Shown: positions 48,274 to 59,957 of the stretch, piece by piece | Layout: each line of letters opens with the position of its first letter | Numbering within the stretch: position 1 is the stretch's first letter | Source of the DNA: Saprolegnia diclina VS20 | Taxonomy: Eukaryota | DNA: 64,000 nt | Assembly: GCF_000281045.1 (NCBI RefSeq) | Contig: NW_008246105.1 | Location: 343,762 to 407,761 of the forward strand | Direction: 5' to 3' | Program-made: the position numbers and the translations under genes | Notes under the pieces: model-generated | Databases searched by the model: none | What the model was told of the DNA's origin: nothing | The model's input: only the letters and a program-made list of their open reading frames with translations

Positions 48274-50103
48274 CGAACTCGATGCTGTCAAATGTACAAG
48301 TGGGCTTGGTCCATGGCGCCACTGGATCGCGCGACGCTGATTGGCGGCGTTCCGTGTCAAAATACCGTACATGCGTACTGTATGCAACGTACGGTTGAAC
48401 GTATTTTTGTATGCAATGTACGAGAGTGAACGTACGGTGCAGACACTGTAGAGTGGACGGGACGGGCCACCTGGGTGACGTGGGGATCAGAAGAAGATCG
48501 CGAACGATCGCGGCCCCGGAGCTATGTCCGGTACTGTATCCGGCGTATTTGTCGGACGTTCAACCCCTCGCAGCGTCCGTCAGCATGAATCGACAATTTT
48601 GTAGACGATATGGATTTAATGGTGATATGGTTTCCAGCAAGATTGACGAAGGCAGTCGCAACAAGCGTACACAACCAAAGGATAGCTTTAATAAAATGAG
48701 CCAATTTACTGGTAACGTAATCCCGGAGACCGTGTTTAGTGTCGACCCTCCAACGCATTTGGTGCGACCTATTCCCGTACCTGGTTCGTGTAGGCCACGA
48801 AAGCTAGCTAAGAATCGATAGAGCTCTGGTTCCACCCCTGGTTTGCACCAGTGAACAATGCAAGTACTAATATGTGCACGTATCTCGTGGGACCATTTTC
48901 GTGCGTCTAGCAACGACGTCGTCCAGGCGCCCCTGCAAACGCCGCGATGCATATCAGGTGAAACGAGGTTGGCGAATTCTTGATGAATTCACTTTATACA
49001 TTTGTGTTGCCCATCCCCCGCCATCGGTGAGTCTAACTCCTGCACACGATTGCCAGCTCCTCCAGCAGACAACAATGGTGACCTCGGCACCTCTGTCGCG
49101 TGTCGTTTTGCTGCTCTGCCGTGGGCAAAGCCAAAGGGATCTGCCCTAGGTGTGGACGCATCCGTGGCTGATCCGACTTCCGACAGTCGGCCTTTTCGCT
49201 GCGGCACTCCGTTGCGACGACATGGTGTCCAGCCTTTCTGACGGCATTGTATACCTAATCGGGCACATCGAGGTGCAATGGGCGGCGTATACCACATTGA
49301 TGATATGGGTCCAGCGCACACCTGGCATGTCATTAGAGTCTGGTTGCCAGCGAGACGGAAGGTGGGCGAAGAAGCACGCAACCAGGCGCAAGCCGACGAG
49401 AAGATCCTACATTGCACCGACCAGATGCAATGCAAGATTCGAGATGACGCCGCGCCGTGCCTGTCGTGTGTTGGCGGGTCGCGGATCTCACGACGCACTG
49501 CCCAGTGGGGCGATCCCAGCGCTCTCGGCCGTGAAGGAATCTGCGCCGTCTGGCCTCCGCCCTATCATCAGCATCTTCCGACACCGTGGGAGCCAACCAT
49601 TGGAAGCATCAAGTAACCTCAATGCTGCAAAAAATATAGCGATTCGGTCGGCCGACTCGTGCGCTCGTGCAGGGGTCGCAGCCCGCTGGGCGGACGCGAT
49701 GAATCCGCGCGCATCATCACGGAGTAAAACCCTGCGCGATGGGGCATTCCTTTGATGCACCAATCCCATCGCAGCATGCTTCCACGTGAGCCAATCCAAT
49801 TCATTCTAGGATCAAAATCCCAAAACAGAGTGTTTTTAGAGTTTTGCACCCGATTGCGAATCTGAGTGTCGCCTGGGCTACAGAGACCTGACCGCGTGCG
49901 TCGTCCGCTCTCAATGTAGCCGCTCGTTGCGTCACCTCGTACACAGCCGGCCACTGATAACCCGAGTGTTATTAGTGGTCGGGCGCTCGCCTTCGCCACG
50001 GCCCACTGCAAGTAATCTGAACGCTGAGCAGCTGCCGCCAGATTCACGTGACCACTCTGCACGCGTTGAATCTTGTCACACTTCCGTCACTTGCGCTTTT
50101 ACC

Positions 50104-50946
50104 ATGTTCTTTGCACCTTCAACGAGCAGCGCCGACCTGCTTGCGCTCGAGAACGACCGCCTCCGCCTCCAGCTGCAAAAGGAGCAAGCGACGATCCGGT
50201 CGCTCCAGACGCAGCTGCAGTCCCTGCAAGCCACGGCCGCCGAGGCCACGTCCAACCGCCTCGCCCTTGAACGCGAGTACGCGACGCTCAAGTCGTTCAT
50301 CACAAGCGCCTTCAACCTCCCCAAGCAATTGCCGCGCCTCTTAGTCACGAGCGTCGTCCCGAGTGCCAAGCCGGCGTCGCCGCCACGACACCGCACCTCG
50401 CGCGCCTCGTTCCTTGGGCCGCTCCTGGAAGAAACCGGCGACAGTGACAGCGACATGGACGAGCCAAGCGTCGTCGCTCCCAAGGCGTCGACCAAGGACG
50501 CGGCCACGGTTTTGGCGCAAAGCGCTGCCAACCTCATGACGTTGCGCCGGTCGTCGTCCGAGCGTGTGCTCCGTGACAACTGGTGCGAAGAGCCCATTGT
50601 GGCGCCGGCGCCGCTCTCGCGGGATGCATGGAACAAGCTGCTGCTCGACTGGGCCCAAGGCGACACGCGCAAGCACGCGTACCTCTCCGACTGGCTTTCT
50701 TACCACTTGAACGGCCAGCGCCATGCCTCGCCGTACGCCAACCCGCGTGTCGAGCTCAAGTCGCTCACACCCGCGCAGCTCGACGGCTTCAAGCGGCTCG
50801 TGCTCCCTGCTCTACGCGCCGCGCGCCCGGACCTCGACGTGCGTGGCTACAGCAAAGACTACATTGGTCATAGTCTGCGCATCGTGCTGGACGGACCTAG
50901 TACGTCCCCGATGCGGTCGTCGCTCGCGTCGATTGCCGAGCGCTAA
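50104..50946 (+). CDS. Headless myosin-tail homologue A (coiled coil plus unnamed C-terminal domain), intronless
   Basis: N-terminal coiled coil. The C-terminal WNKLLLDWAQG...VELKSLTP..LDGF..LVLP...RPD...K.YIG.SLRI aligns with the tail of the myosin at 55494-59496. Confidence 0.85.
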   Translation: MFFAPSTSSADLLALENDRLRLQLQKEQATIRSLQTQLQSLQATAAEATSNRLALEREYATLKSFITSAFNLPKQLPRLLVTSVVPSAKPASPPRHRTSRASFLGPLLEETGDSDSDMDEPSVVAPKASTKDAATVLAQSAANLMTLRRSSSERVLRDNWCEEPIVAPAPLSRDAWNKLLLDWAQGDTRKHAYLSDWLSYHLNGQRHASPYANPRVELKSLTPAQLDGFKRLVLPALRAARPDLDVRGYSKDYIGHSLRIVLDGPSTSPMRSSLASIAER

Positions 50947-51054
50947 CGTGTCTATTTTGCTAACTTATCCATTTCTGCCGCTACTATATTATGTAAATTC
51001 AACCATGTTTCATGTCCACGAGTATATTCAGTCTAGTATTGCGATCGTCGAGCA

Positions 51055-53617
51055 CTAGACGTCGACGTTGGCAGCAATCGAGGCGCCGTCGACCGTCAGC
51101 GCATAGGAAAAGTACTGGGCGCTAGTCGAGAAGAACGAGCCTTCGAGCACGATGCGCACGCTGAGCTCGTGGCCGTTGTGCGCAAAGCAGAAGGCATCGC
51201 CGCCGTCCCAGAGCAGCCGCGCCTGGGTCTGGAGCTCGCCGTTGCAGTAGACTGCGCGGAAGCCGCCGTGGAGCCCGTGCTGCACCTCGACAACGAGCGG
51301 GGCGTCGGCAAATGCAATGTGCCACCAGAGCTGCTTCCACGGAAACGTGAGCAAGATCGCATTCGCCGGGTGCTTGATCTCTTCGAGCGTCACCGCGACA
51401 TCGCCGAGGCGACCGCTTCGAACGATCGGGACGCTGTCTTTGCCTTGTGAAGTACTTAGCAGGATGCTGTTGGCGAGCTCGGCTTGCAGCATGGTCTCGA
51501 GCGCCACGACATCTACGTCAACCTGTCGCATCATACAGTGACACACGCATAACTCACCTGGCTCGTCCGGCACCTTGTACCACGAGCGATTTGGAAACCC
51601 GACAGCGACCCAGTCAGGGGGCGCCGTCCATAAATTATACACGGCCTCTACGTCGTTTCAGGATGCCTCGTCAGAGTGAAGAGATCAAAGACCCGTGATG
51701 CGCTCGATCGTCATCTTGGTCGCATTCGGTGCATCGAGTGCGACCCAGCCCTTGTCCTTGAGCCCCACGTACGTAATGTCCGAGTCTGGTAGACCAAACT
51801 GGAGCAGCGCCACAAACGCCTAACGTATCAATGTATCAGCCGTCCCACGCAGGATGTGGTCTACCTGGTTCTCGTCAATGTACTTAAGCACAGCGCTGGT
51901 CGGTTCGGGTGACACGAGAACGCGGACGCGGGTTTTGGTGCGGTAGTAGAACTTGCCGTGTTGCTTCTCCGGTTCTACATGCTGATGACCATCAAAAGGT
52001 CAAAGACGAACGCGTACCTTTGCTCAGCGCGACGAGCACCGACTCGCCCTGAACCGTGCGTTCGTAGATCCAGCCAGGCTCGTGCGCGAGCTTGACGTAA
52101 GTCATGTCGGACGCCGGCGGGATGTACCTACAGCCCATCAACTCGATACAACAGTGATACTTAACACGCGCACCGCAAACTGCTCTCGACGATGGACCCG
52201 ACAGGCTTGGGAAAGCTGCCTTGGACGCGAGGCCCGTCAATGTCGGGCGCCATGCGCACCGGTACCGCGATCTGGACCTTGTAAAACTTGGGGACGTCGA
52301 TCGTGGTCGCATCTATCTCAGTTCTTAGTCGCGCTCGACTGCGTTCTTGCCGCCCTACCGCCGTCAATAGCCGTAACGAGGAGCTCGCCGCGGCGTGTCG
52401 TCTCGGGCACCCACCCTGGCGCGTGCCGGAGCTTGAGAAAGGTAACGACAGACGTCGCAGACTCGTCGTCGTCGGCGAGCGCGACATCGAGGCGCAGTCG
52501 CTCGCGACACTCGATGACTTGGAGCCGGGTCGTGAGCACCGGGCTCTCGAACGACGGCGCCGAGAAGACGGGCACGCCATTGTCCGAGTCCAAGACGCGG
52601 TAAAAGCCTCGCGTAATGTCCCGTTGGATAAGACTGTGCAGCGGCGACAAGACGACCTGTACACCAATACATCCGTCTCTTCCATGGGATCCAAGGTCCC
52701 GTACCTGGCCGTCCATGGTCGACTCGAAGACCCAGCCGCGCTCGTGGAGCAGCTTGACGTACGTGATGGGCGACCCATTTGGCGTGAAGCGCTGGGACCC
52801 TTCCACGATCGTGTTGAGGTGAAAGCCCTTCCCGACTCGCGGGCCCATGATGTCGGGCGACTCGCGAATGCCCACGGCGATTTTGACGCAGTAGAAGAAA
52901 TGGCCGTGCTCGAGCGTCCCTTCCTTGCCACTTAGCGTCGCAACCGTCACGTTGTTGGGCGCTGTGACCGAGATCGCACTCGGTCGCGTGACGATCGGCG
53001 CTTCGTCGAGGCGCTCGAGCACGTGGCGGCCACTGGGCAGCTGCACGTTGAGCCACCCGGCGGGCTTGAGCTCGACAAAGGCCACGCGGCTCTGCGGAAA
53101 CGTCACGACGCGAGCGACCTCGACGATATCGTTCGGGCGCTTGGTGTCGACGGGCGAGACCTTGGGCGCCAAGCAGTCGGGCCCTACGAAGACACACGGC
53201 GCTAAGAGGATCGCAAGCGAGAGATCTCGCACCCGTGCGCACGTCGAGGGGCACGAGCACGCGAAAGTAGAAGCTGGGCGACGCGACCTCCTCCGTCCAG
53301 TTCGTCTCGGGCAGGAGCTCGACGTTGCGCGCGCCATCGAGCGCATTCTCGAGCGGAATCCAGCCGGCGGCATGGGCGAGCTTGAGGTACGACACGTCGC
53401 TATCTTCGTAGCCGCCCGTGCTGCGGCGGCGACCGTGCGGCGACGGATGCGACTGCGACGGCGAGAGTGGCTCCTGCTGCGACTGCTGGCCCGCGTCGAT
53501 GACCTCGACGACCTCGCCCGGCATCTTGCGCGCGTTGTGCACGTACGAGTCGGGCATTGGTGCGTCAGCCACGCGGACCTCGCGCAGGACGCGGTAGAAC
53601 TGCCGGGGTCGACCCAT
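51055..53617 (-). CDS. Protein with about six SH3b-like repeats and a C-terminal FAIM-like domain, multi-exon
   Basis: The repeat FY.V...V.VR..Pd........G.iVE......ityvKL....GW occurs about six times. The C-terminus WHIAFADAPLVVEVQHGLHGGFRAVYCNGE...YALTVDG resembles FAIM (HG..SGKRVVYVDG...YTLEING). Confidence 0.7.
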
Positions 53618-54207
53618 GGCCGTGTCTTCGTCCTTCCGACTGACCTCTATTGTCCGGATACCAGCGCTTGAAATCCATCGGTTTGAGTTTGAGTCGATGG
53701 TCCATAAAAAGTGCACTTTGGCTCCAAATTAAGTTGAGTTTGAGTGCCCACCAACACCTTGGCCAAAGATTGGGCAAGGCCGGATCGGTTGCTAGCTTAT
53801 GATCCTACAGCCGACGGCGATGCACGGTGGTCCGACGTGTGACATCGTCGAGCCAGCTCCGGAGGTAGCTGCATTTCCAGTGATATAGCCCGTCCAGCGG
53901 TTCATTACCTAGTGCATTGACGACTTATAACTTATGTTGGAACCTATGAGCAACGACGAGAGGGTTAGGACGCATGCGAAGATGCAAAGCCACGCGTCGC
54001 CGCGGGTTGTAGATGGCGGTGTACCTCCCGTCAGTCTCTTAGTCCAGGTGCACTTGTAGTAGCTTGTCAGGCTGGTCGGGCGGCGAGACAGGGAGGTGTG
54101 AGTCGCGCGTTGCGATTGGCCAAAAGTCGTCTGGAAAGCCAGCTGGAAGCCAATCACCGGCGTTTGTGACGCTTTTGCACCAAAACCAACTCATTTTCTT
54201 AGTTGCA

Positions 54208-54969
54208 ATGACGACGATGGCAGCGCTGCGCGAAGAGAACGAGCGCCTGCGCCGGGCCCTCGCGCAGCAAGAGGACGAGTACGCGACGACGCTCAATGAG
54301 CAGCGCGAGCTCAAGATCAAGCATGCGCAGCTGCTGTACCGGCAGCGGCTGCGCCAGCGACACCCGACGCTGGTCATGAAGGAGGACGATACGCCCGACA
54401 CCTTTGACTTTCATCGCCGCGAGATGCGCATCATCTTGCTCGAGGAGGCGTACGAGCACATGCTGCGCCTCGCAGACAAGGGCGCAGCGTGGCTCGACCC
54501 GAACTCGGACGACGACGTCGAGCTCTTGGACGAGCACCAGGCGTTCCATCGACTGCACCGTCATTGGCACCGCCACCGCATGCCGGCCGACCTCGAAGAC
54601 ACGTTTGACGCTGGCAACGAAGACGACCCGACGATCCCGATGAACCTCGAAGCCGACTGCTGGAAGGATCTGCTCAACATGTACGCCAACGGCAACCCGC
54701 AAAAGCTCAAGTACCTCACGTCGTGGGTCCGGTACATCCTCCTCGGCGGCTCGATCGGCACGCCCGACGCGCAGTTCCGCGCGGGCGTCGAGCTCACGTA
54801 CCTCTCGAGCGAGCTCATCGAAGGATTCTCCAAGATTCTCATTCCCGCCATCCAGCAGTACCGACCGGACCTTGAGGTGCACGTGCTGACGAAAACCGTC
54901 GTGGACCGGAGCCTCCGCATCGTGGTCATGCCCCGCAAGAAGCCGCCCTCGCCGCCGCCAGCGTCGTAG
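54208..54969 (+). CDS. Headless myosin-tail homologue B (coiled coil plus the same unnamed domain), intronless
   Basis: ALREENERLRRALAQQEDE coil and WKDLL..YANGNPQKLKYLTSWV...GVELTYLS..LIEGF..ILIP....RPDLEVHV.TK....SLRI. Inr-like ACTCATTTTCTTAGTTG lies just upstream. Confidence 0.85.
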   Translation: MTTMAALREENERLRRALAQQEDEYATTLNEQRELKIKHAQLLYRQRLRQRHPTLVMKEDDTPDTFDFHRREMRIILLEEAYEHMLRLADKGAAWLDPNSDDDVELLDEHQAFHRLHRHWHRHRMPADLEDTFDAGNEDDPTIPMNLEADCWKDLLNMYANGNPQKLKYLTSWVRYILLGGSIGTPDAQFRAGVELTYLSSELIEGFSKILIPAIQQYRPDLEVHVLTKTVVDRSLRIVVMPRKKPPSPPPAS

Positions 54970-55269
54970 CGCAGGACGCTGTTTATTTAATCGACTTCAA
55001 TGTACTAGGACAGACTATAGTTGGTGCATGCGACGACAAGGCTGTCTCCAAATTCTGTTTCAGATCTGATTTCGAGTTGTGCCGGACGGGAATCTTGTTA
55101 TTCCTTGCGTCAGACCGCCGTCTACCTTAGCGTCGCAGGTATTAGCCTGCGTTGTCGGTGGCGAAAGCAGCGTACGTACACTGTATGGGCGGCGCTGTAA
55201 TAGGCGGCGATCGCGAACTCACGCACTCCCCTGCCCCACTTCTGCCCTCCTGTCTTTCTCAATTGCCGG

Positions 55270-55440
55270 GACACAGGATTGGCTGAAACACGATGGCACT
55301 GCGACATGGAGCGTTATGATTGGCGCATCGCTCATATTTATGGCCAATCGTGTGACGCGGGTACCGTTTCCCGTCAATGAGTCTATTTTGGCCAATGAAA
55401 CCGACGTGGTCGGCGTTTCGCCGATGCCATTGGCTAAAAA
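55270..55440. promoter_or_regulatory. Cluster of about 5 CCAAT/ATTGG boxes upstream of the myosin
   Basis: ATTGG/CCAAT near 55278, 55319, 55344, 55392 and 55429, i.e. 60-220 nt upstream of ATG 55494. Confidence 0.55.
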
Positions 55441-55493
55441 GATGCGGTCGGTCCCGAGCACTGTTTCGCAAGTCAGTTCACACGAGGCGAGCG

Positions 55494-58400
55494 ATGGAGG
55501 CGTCCAAGGTCGGATACCGGCATGGCCATGGAAGCGCATGCTCATGCGATGCTCTCTGTAGGTATTTATCCCAGACAAGGAGCACGTCTGGCTGCCGGCC
55601 ATTGTCACGAGCACAGTCGGCTCGCTCGTGACCGTCAAGGTTGAAGAGCACGACGTGCGCGGGCAGAAGCTGCCGCAAGGCATGAGCCTCGGCGCCAACG
55701 TCGGCCGCACCATGACGATCGACCTCTCCAAACCCGAGATTGCCGAGGTCATCCAGGCGCGGACCGTCAAGTCGTCGAGTAGCAACGCAGCGATTAGCTT
55801 GCCGCTGCAGAACAAGGTGCAGACTGCGACCAACGGCTTTGAGGACATGATCTCGGTCGACCACTTGCACGAGGGCGCGATCTTGTACAACCTGCGCCAG
55901 CGCTTCTTTGGCCTTCTCCCATGTACGCGCCAAGGCCTCGATCGGCGCTCATGAACAGGTTGATGATAGACACGTACACGGGCAAGATCTGCATTGCGGT
56001 CAACCCGTACCAGTGGCTCACGCTGTACAGCCCCGAGACAATGCAAAAGTACATGGACGGGTCCCGCGAGAGCAAGTCGCCGCACGTGTACGCCGTCTCG
56101 ATGGAGGCCTTCTTCCACATGCGGTCGCACAGTCTCAACCAGAGCATCTTGGTCTCGGGCGAGTCGGGTGCTGGTAAAACCGAGACGACCAAGATCATGA
56201 TGAACCATGTTGCGACGCTCTCGTCGCATCTCTGCGCGTCGGAAGCGCAGACGTCGATCATCCACCGCATCATCCAGTCCAACCCGCTCCTCGAGTCGTT
56301 TGGCAACGCCGCCACCACGCGCAACGACAACTCGTCGCGCTTTGGCAAGTTCACCGAGCTCCAATTCGACGTCAAGGGCCACCTCATGGGCGCGCGGGCG
56401 CACACGTACCTCCTCGAGAAGTCGCGCGTGACGCACCAGGCGCCCGGCGAGCGCACGTTTCACATTTTTTACCAAGTGCTCGACGCTGCGAGCTCGCATC
56501 TCGCGCATCTCGAGCTGTCGCAAAAGAGCTTCCGGTACGTCCGCCAGGACAAGGTCCTCGCGCTCGAGCACTCGTTTCTTGAGACGCAGTCGGGCCTCAG
56601 CATCGTGGGCATCTCAGAACCCATGCAGGCCAACCTCTGGCTTGTCCTCGGTGCGATTCTGCATCTCGGCGAAGTCGACTTTGACATGGTCGCTGGCGAC
56701 GTCGACTCGTCTTGCGTGCAGCACAAGGCGTCGCTCACGACCGTGGCCAAGCTCCTCGGCATCCCGCTGGCCGACCTCGAGCAAGTGCTCACGCACCGCA
56801 CGGTCGCGGTCGGGCGCGAGGTGATTGCCAAGCCCATGACGTGCGACCAAGCGCGCGACTGCCGCGATGCGGTCGCCAAATCGCTCTACTCGACCATGTT
56901 TACATGGCTCGTCGACCAGATCAATGCAGCGATCGGCGTGCACTCGATGGCGTACTTCATCGGGATCCTCGACATCTTCGGCTTTGAGGCCTTTGACCAC
57001 AACTCGTTCGAGCAGCTCTGCATCAACTACGCCAACGAGAAGCTGCAGCAAAAGTTCGTCCAAGACGTGCTCAAGACGGTCCAGGCCGAGTACGAAGAAG
57101 AAGGGATTTCGTGGTCCCACGTGACGTTCGCTGACAACCAGGACGTGCTCGACTTGATCGAAGGCCGCCTCGGCGTCCTTAGCCTTCTCAACGAAGAGAG
57201 CTCGCTCGCCACCGGCACGGACGCGTCGTTTGCGCACAAGCTCTCGGCTGTCATGGACAACCACGCGCGGTTTGAGACACCGCGCCTCCAGTCGAGTGCG
57301 TTCATCATCCTCCACTACGCCGGCAAGGTGCTCTATGACACGAACGGCTTCCTCGACAAGCACCGCGACGCGCTTCTGCCCGACATCAAGCGCGTCCTCT
57401 CGGAGAGCTCGCTGCCGCTTGTCCGCACCATGTTCCCCGCGACTGCATCGACGCCCGATGCGTCCAAGAAAAAGCACAAGCCCGCGCCGCGCCAGACGAC
57501 GCGCGCGGTCACGGTCGGCACGCAGTTCAAGGAGTCGCTCGCACAGCTCATGGAGAAGATCTCGCACACCAATGTCCACTACGTGCGCTGCATCAAGCCC
57601 AACGCCTTGAAAACGGTACGTCGTCCAGTCGTCATCGATGGACGTTATGACCCTTTGGTGTAGCCACATGCGTTTGACCATGCATCGGTCGTCGACCAGC
57701 TGCGGTGCGCCGGCGTCATTGAAGCCATTCGCGTGAGCCGGTCGGCGTACCCGTCCCGCATCTCGCACCTCGACTGCCTCAAGAGCTACGCGCTCTTGGC
57801 GCCGAGTGTGACGAGCTTTGCGTCGGACGTGGTGACGCGCTCGAGCGAGCACGCGCGGAGTGACTGCAGCGCGCTCCTCGCTGCGCTCTTCCCCAAGGGC
57901 CACATCATCGACTACCAAGTCGGTGTCTCGCGCGTCTACTTTCGTGAAGGCATCCTCGAGGCCCTCGAGGCGCAGCGCGGCGTCGCGCTCACGTCGTTTG
58001 CGATCCGCATCCAGAAGCACATGAAGCGGTATCTGTGCCGGAAGCGATTCCTCTCGATCCAGAAGGCGACGATCAAGGTCCAGTCGTACCTGCGTCGGTG
58101 GCACTGCCAGCTCCAGTACCACCGGCTCCGAAACCGCGTCATTGCCTTCCAGGCGCGGTACCGCGGCCACGTGGCCCGCCGTCGCGTGCTCGCGATGCGC
58201 ACCAAGCGCGCGCTCACCAAGCTCCAGGCCGTAGTCCGCGGCTTCGTCGCGCGGTCGCGCTTCCTTCGCATCAAGGCGGCCGTGAGTAAAGTCCAATCGT
58301 TCTGGCGCATCACGTACCTTCGCCGTATCTTCCTCAAGCGCCTCATGCAAGAGAAGGAGCGGCGGGCGCTCGGGTCCAAAGTGCTGAGCCTCCAGTCGCA

Positions 58401-59496
58401 GCTGGGCACGAGCAAGAAAGACCTGAGCAACAAGCCCCATGGCGAGCTGCCGTCACCCAACCGGCCGCACACGGCGCTCTTCAACGAGTCGTCGCAGGTC
58501 CTCGGGACGCTCGCAGCTGAGAACAAGGCGCTGCGCGAGCAGCTCGCGCGCCAAGAAGACGAGATCAACGGACTCAAAGAAGAGAACCGCAAGATGCGCG
58601 ACGCGCTCCAAGCCAAGGAGCTCGAAGATAAAGTCAAGAACCTCAGCCTCAAGTCCCAGGAAGCGACGCAGATGGCGTACCTCGCGCACCTCGAAGAAGA
58701 GTACGAGAAGGTCCGCGCATTCCTCTGCAACGTGTTTGAGCTCCCGAGCGAAGTCGGCGTCCTCAAGACGACGCCGCCCTCAAAAGAGGAGCTGCTCAAC
58801 GCGCTCCCGCCGCCGTCCTCGACCAAGCCGTCCAAAGACTTTAGTGTGGCGAAGAACGAAGCGTTCACGCTGCTGCAGCGGTCGGCCACGCGTCTCTATC
58901 GCACGCGCTCGAAAGAGAGCAAGCGCGGCAGCTCCCGCCGCGTCAAGGATTTCTGGGACGAGATCAAGACCAACTCGCCGCCGCTGCCGTACACGCTGGG
59001 TTCGACGCCGTGGAAGCGCCTCCTCACGGACTGGGCTCAAGGCAACCCGAAGAAGCTCGACTACATGACCCGCTGGCTCCAAAACGTCCTCGAGGGCGGC
59101 GACGTCGAGAGCGGGCAGTTCCCCCTCGGCGTCGAGCTCAAGTCGGTGACGCCCATGATGCTCGAGGGCTTCATCCAGCTCGTGATTCCCAAGCTCGCCG
59201 AGCGACCGGACGTCAAGGTGCACGTGCACACCAAGGAGTTTATCGGCACAAGCATGCGCATCACGCTCGAGGTCAAGGAAGGCGTGCCGAAAATGCGCCC
59301 GGTCAAACTGCCCGACGGCGCGCTGCCGCCGACAAATGGCAAGCCGCGGGACACGACGACCGGCGGCCTTGACCAGTGGGGGCGGCACTCGATCATGTCG
59401 GTGCGGGACCGGCTCAGCCTCGCGAGCAACTCGACGAGCGAGTCGTTGCGGTCGACGCAGTCGAGCTCCTTGTCGTTCACTGAAACGCGCATGTAG
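55494..59496 (+). CDS. Unconventional myosin: N-terminal SH3-like region, motor, 5 IQ motifs, coiled coil and unnamed globular tail; 3 introns
   Basis: P-loop GESGAGKT, switch I NDNSSRFGK, switch II DIFGFE, YVRCIKPN and QLRCAGVIE. IQ motifs IQKHMKR, VQSYLRR, FQARYRG, LQAVVRG and VQSFWR. Confidence 0.97.
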
Positions 59497-59636
59497 TAGT
59501 TAGTCGGTCCCTCTCAATACACGCTTTTGTGCTCTGTTTACATACAACTCTGTCTGGCAAGGGGTCGGGTTCTTCCAGCGGCTCTCAGCGCAACGTGGTG
59601 CTGAACACTCGCATTCGAGACGAGAATCCACATTAC

Positions 59637-59676
59637 CAGATCTGATGACCTTGTCAGATCTGATGACCTTGCCAGA
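59637..59676. repeat. Short tandem repeat, 18-bp unit x2
   Basis: CAGATCTGATGACCTTGT / CAGATCTGATGACCTTGC then CAGA. Confidence 0.85.
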
Positions 59677-59957
59677 ACCAATGACGCTCTCGCAACCCCG
59701 TCGCCATCAAAATCTTGGCGTTGAACCTCCTATTCTAGTCGTAGTAAGCTTACCGGTACTTGACTACGACGGAGCCGAACGCTGGTCGTGACGCCAGTCG
59801 ACTGCAGTGTACTCTATGTACTGTACTGAAGGGCAAAGCAATGATACTGACGCGGTGCTGACATCCCACTGTGGCGCGTGACTCACACCGCAGTGCACTG
59901 ACAGGTGTCGGCGCACATCCTGCGCCAGGTTGCCATTGGCACAAAAGAAGAAGGACC

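Noticed and set aside
49345..49450. CQRDG...RRK.TRRS...CNARFEM, reminiscent of a FAR1/MULE zinc-finger remnant
   Set aside because: Too short. No transposase core, terminal repeats or downstream His pair were found.
3259..58440. Long antisense ORFs (e.g. 3259-4875, 7818-9488, 39200-40402, 55219-56571, 56614-58440)
   Set aside because: They are shadows of strongly C/G-ending codon usage on the real genes. They are rich in R/V/E/L and show no recognisable motifs.
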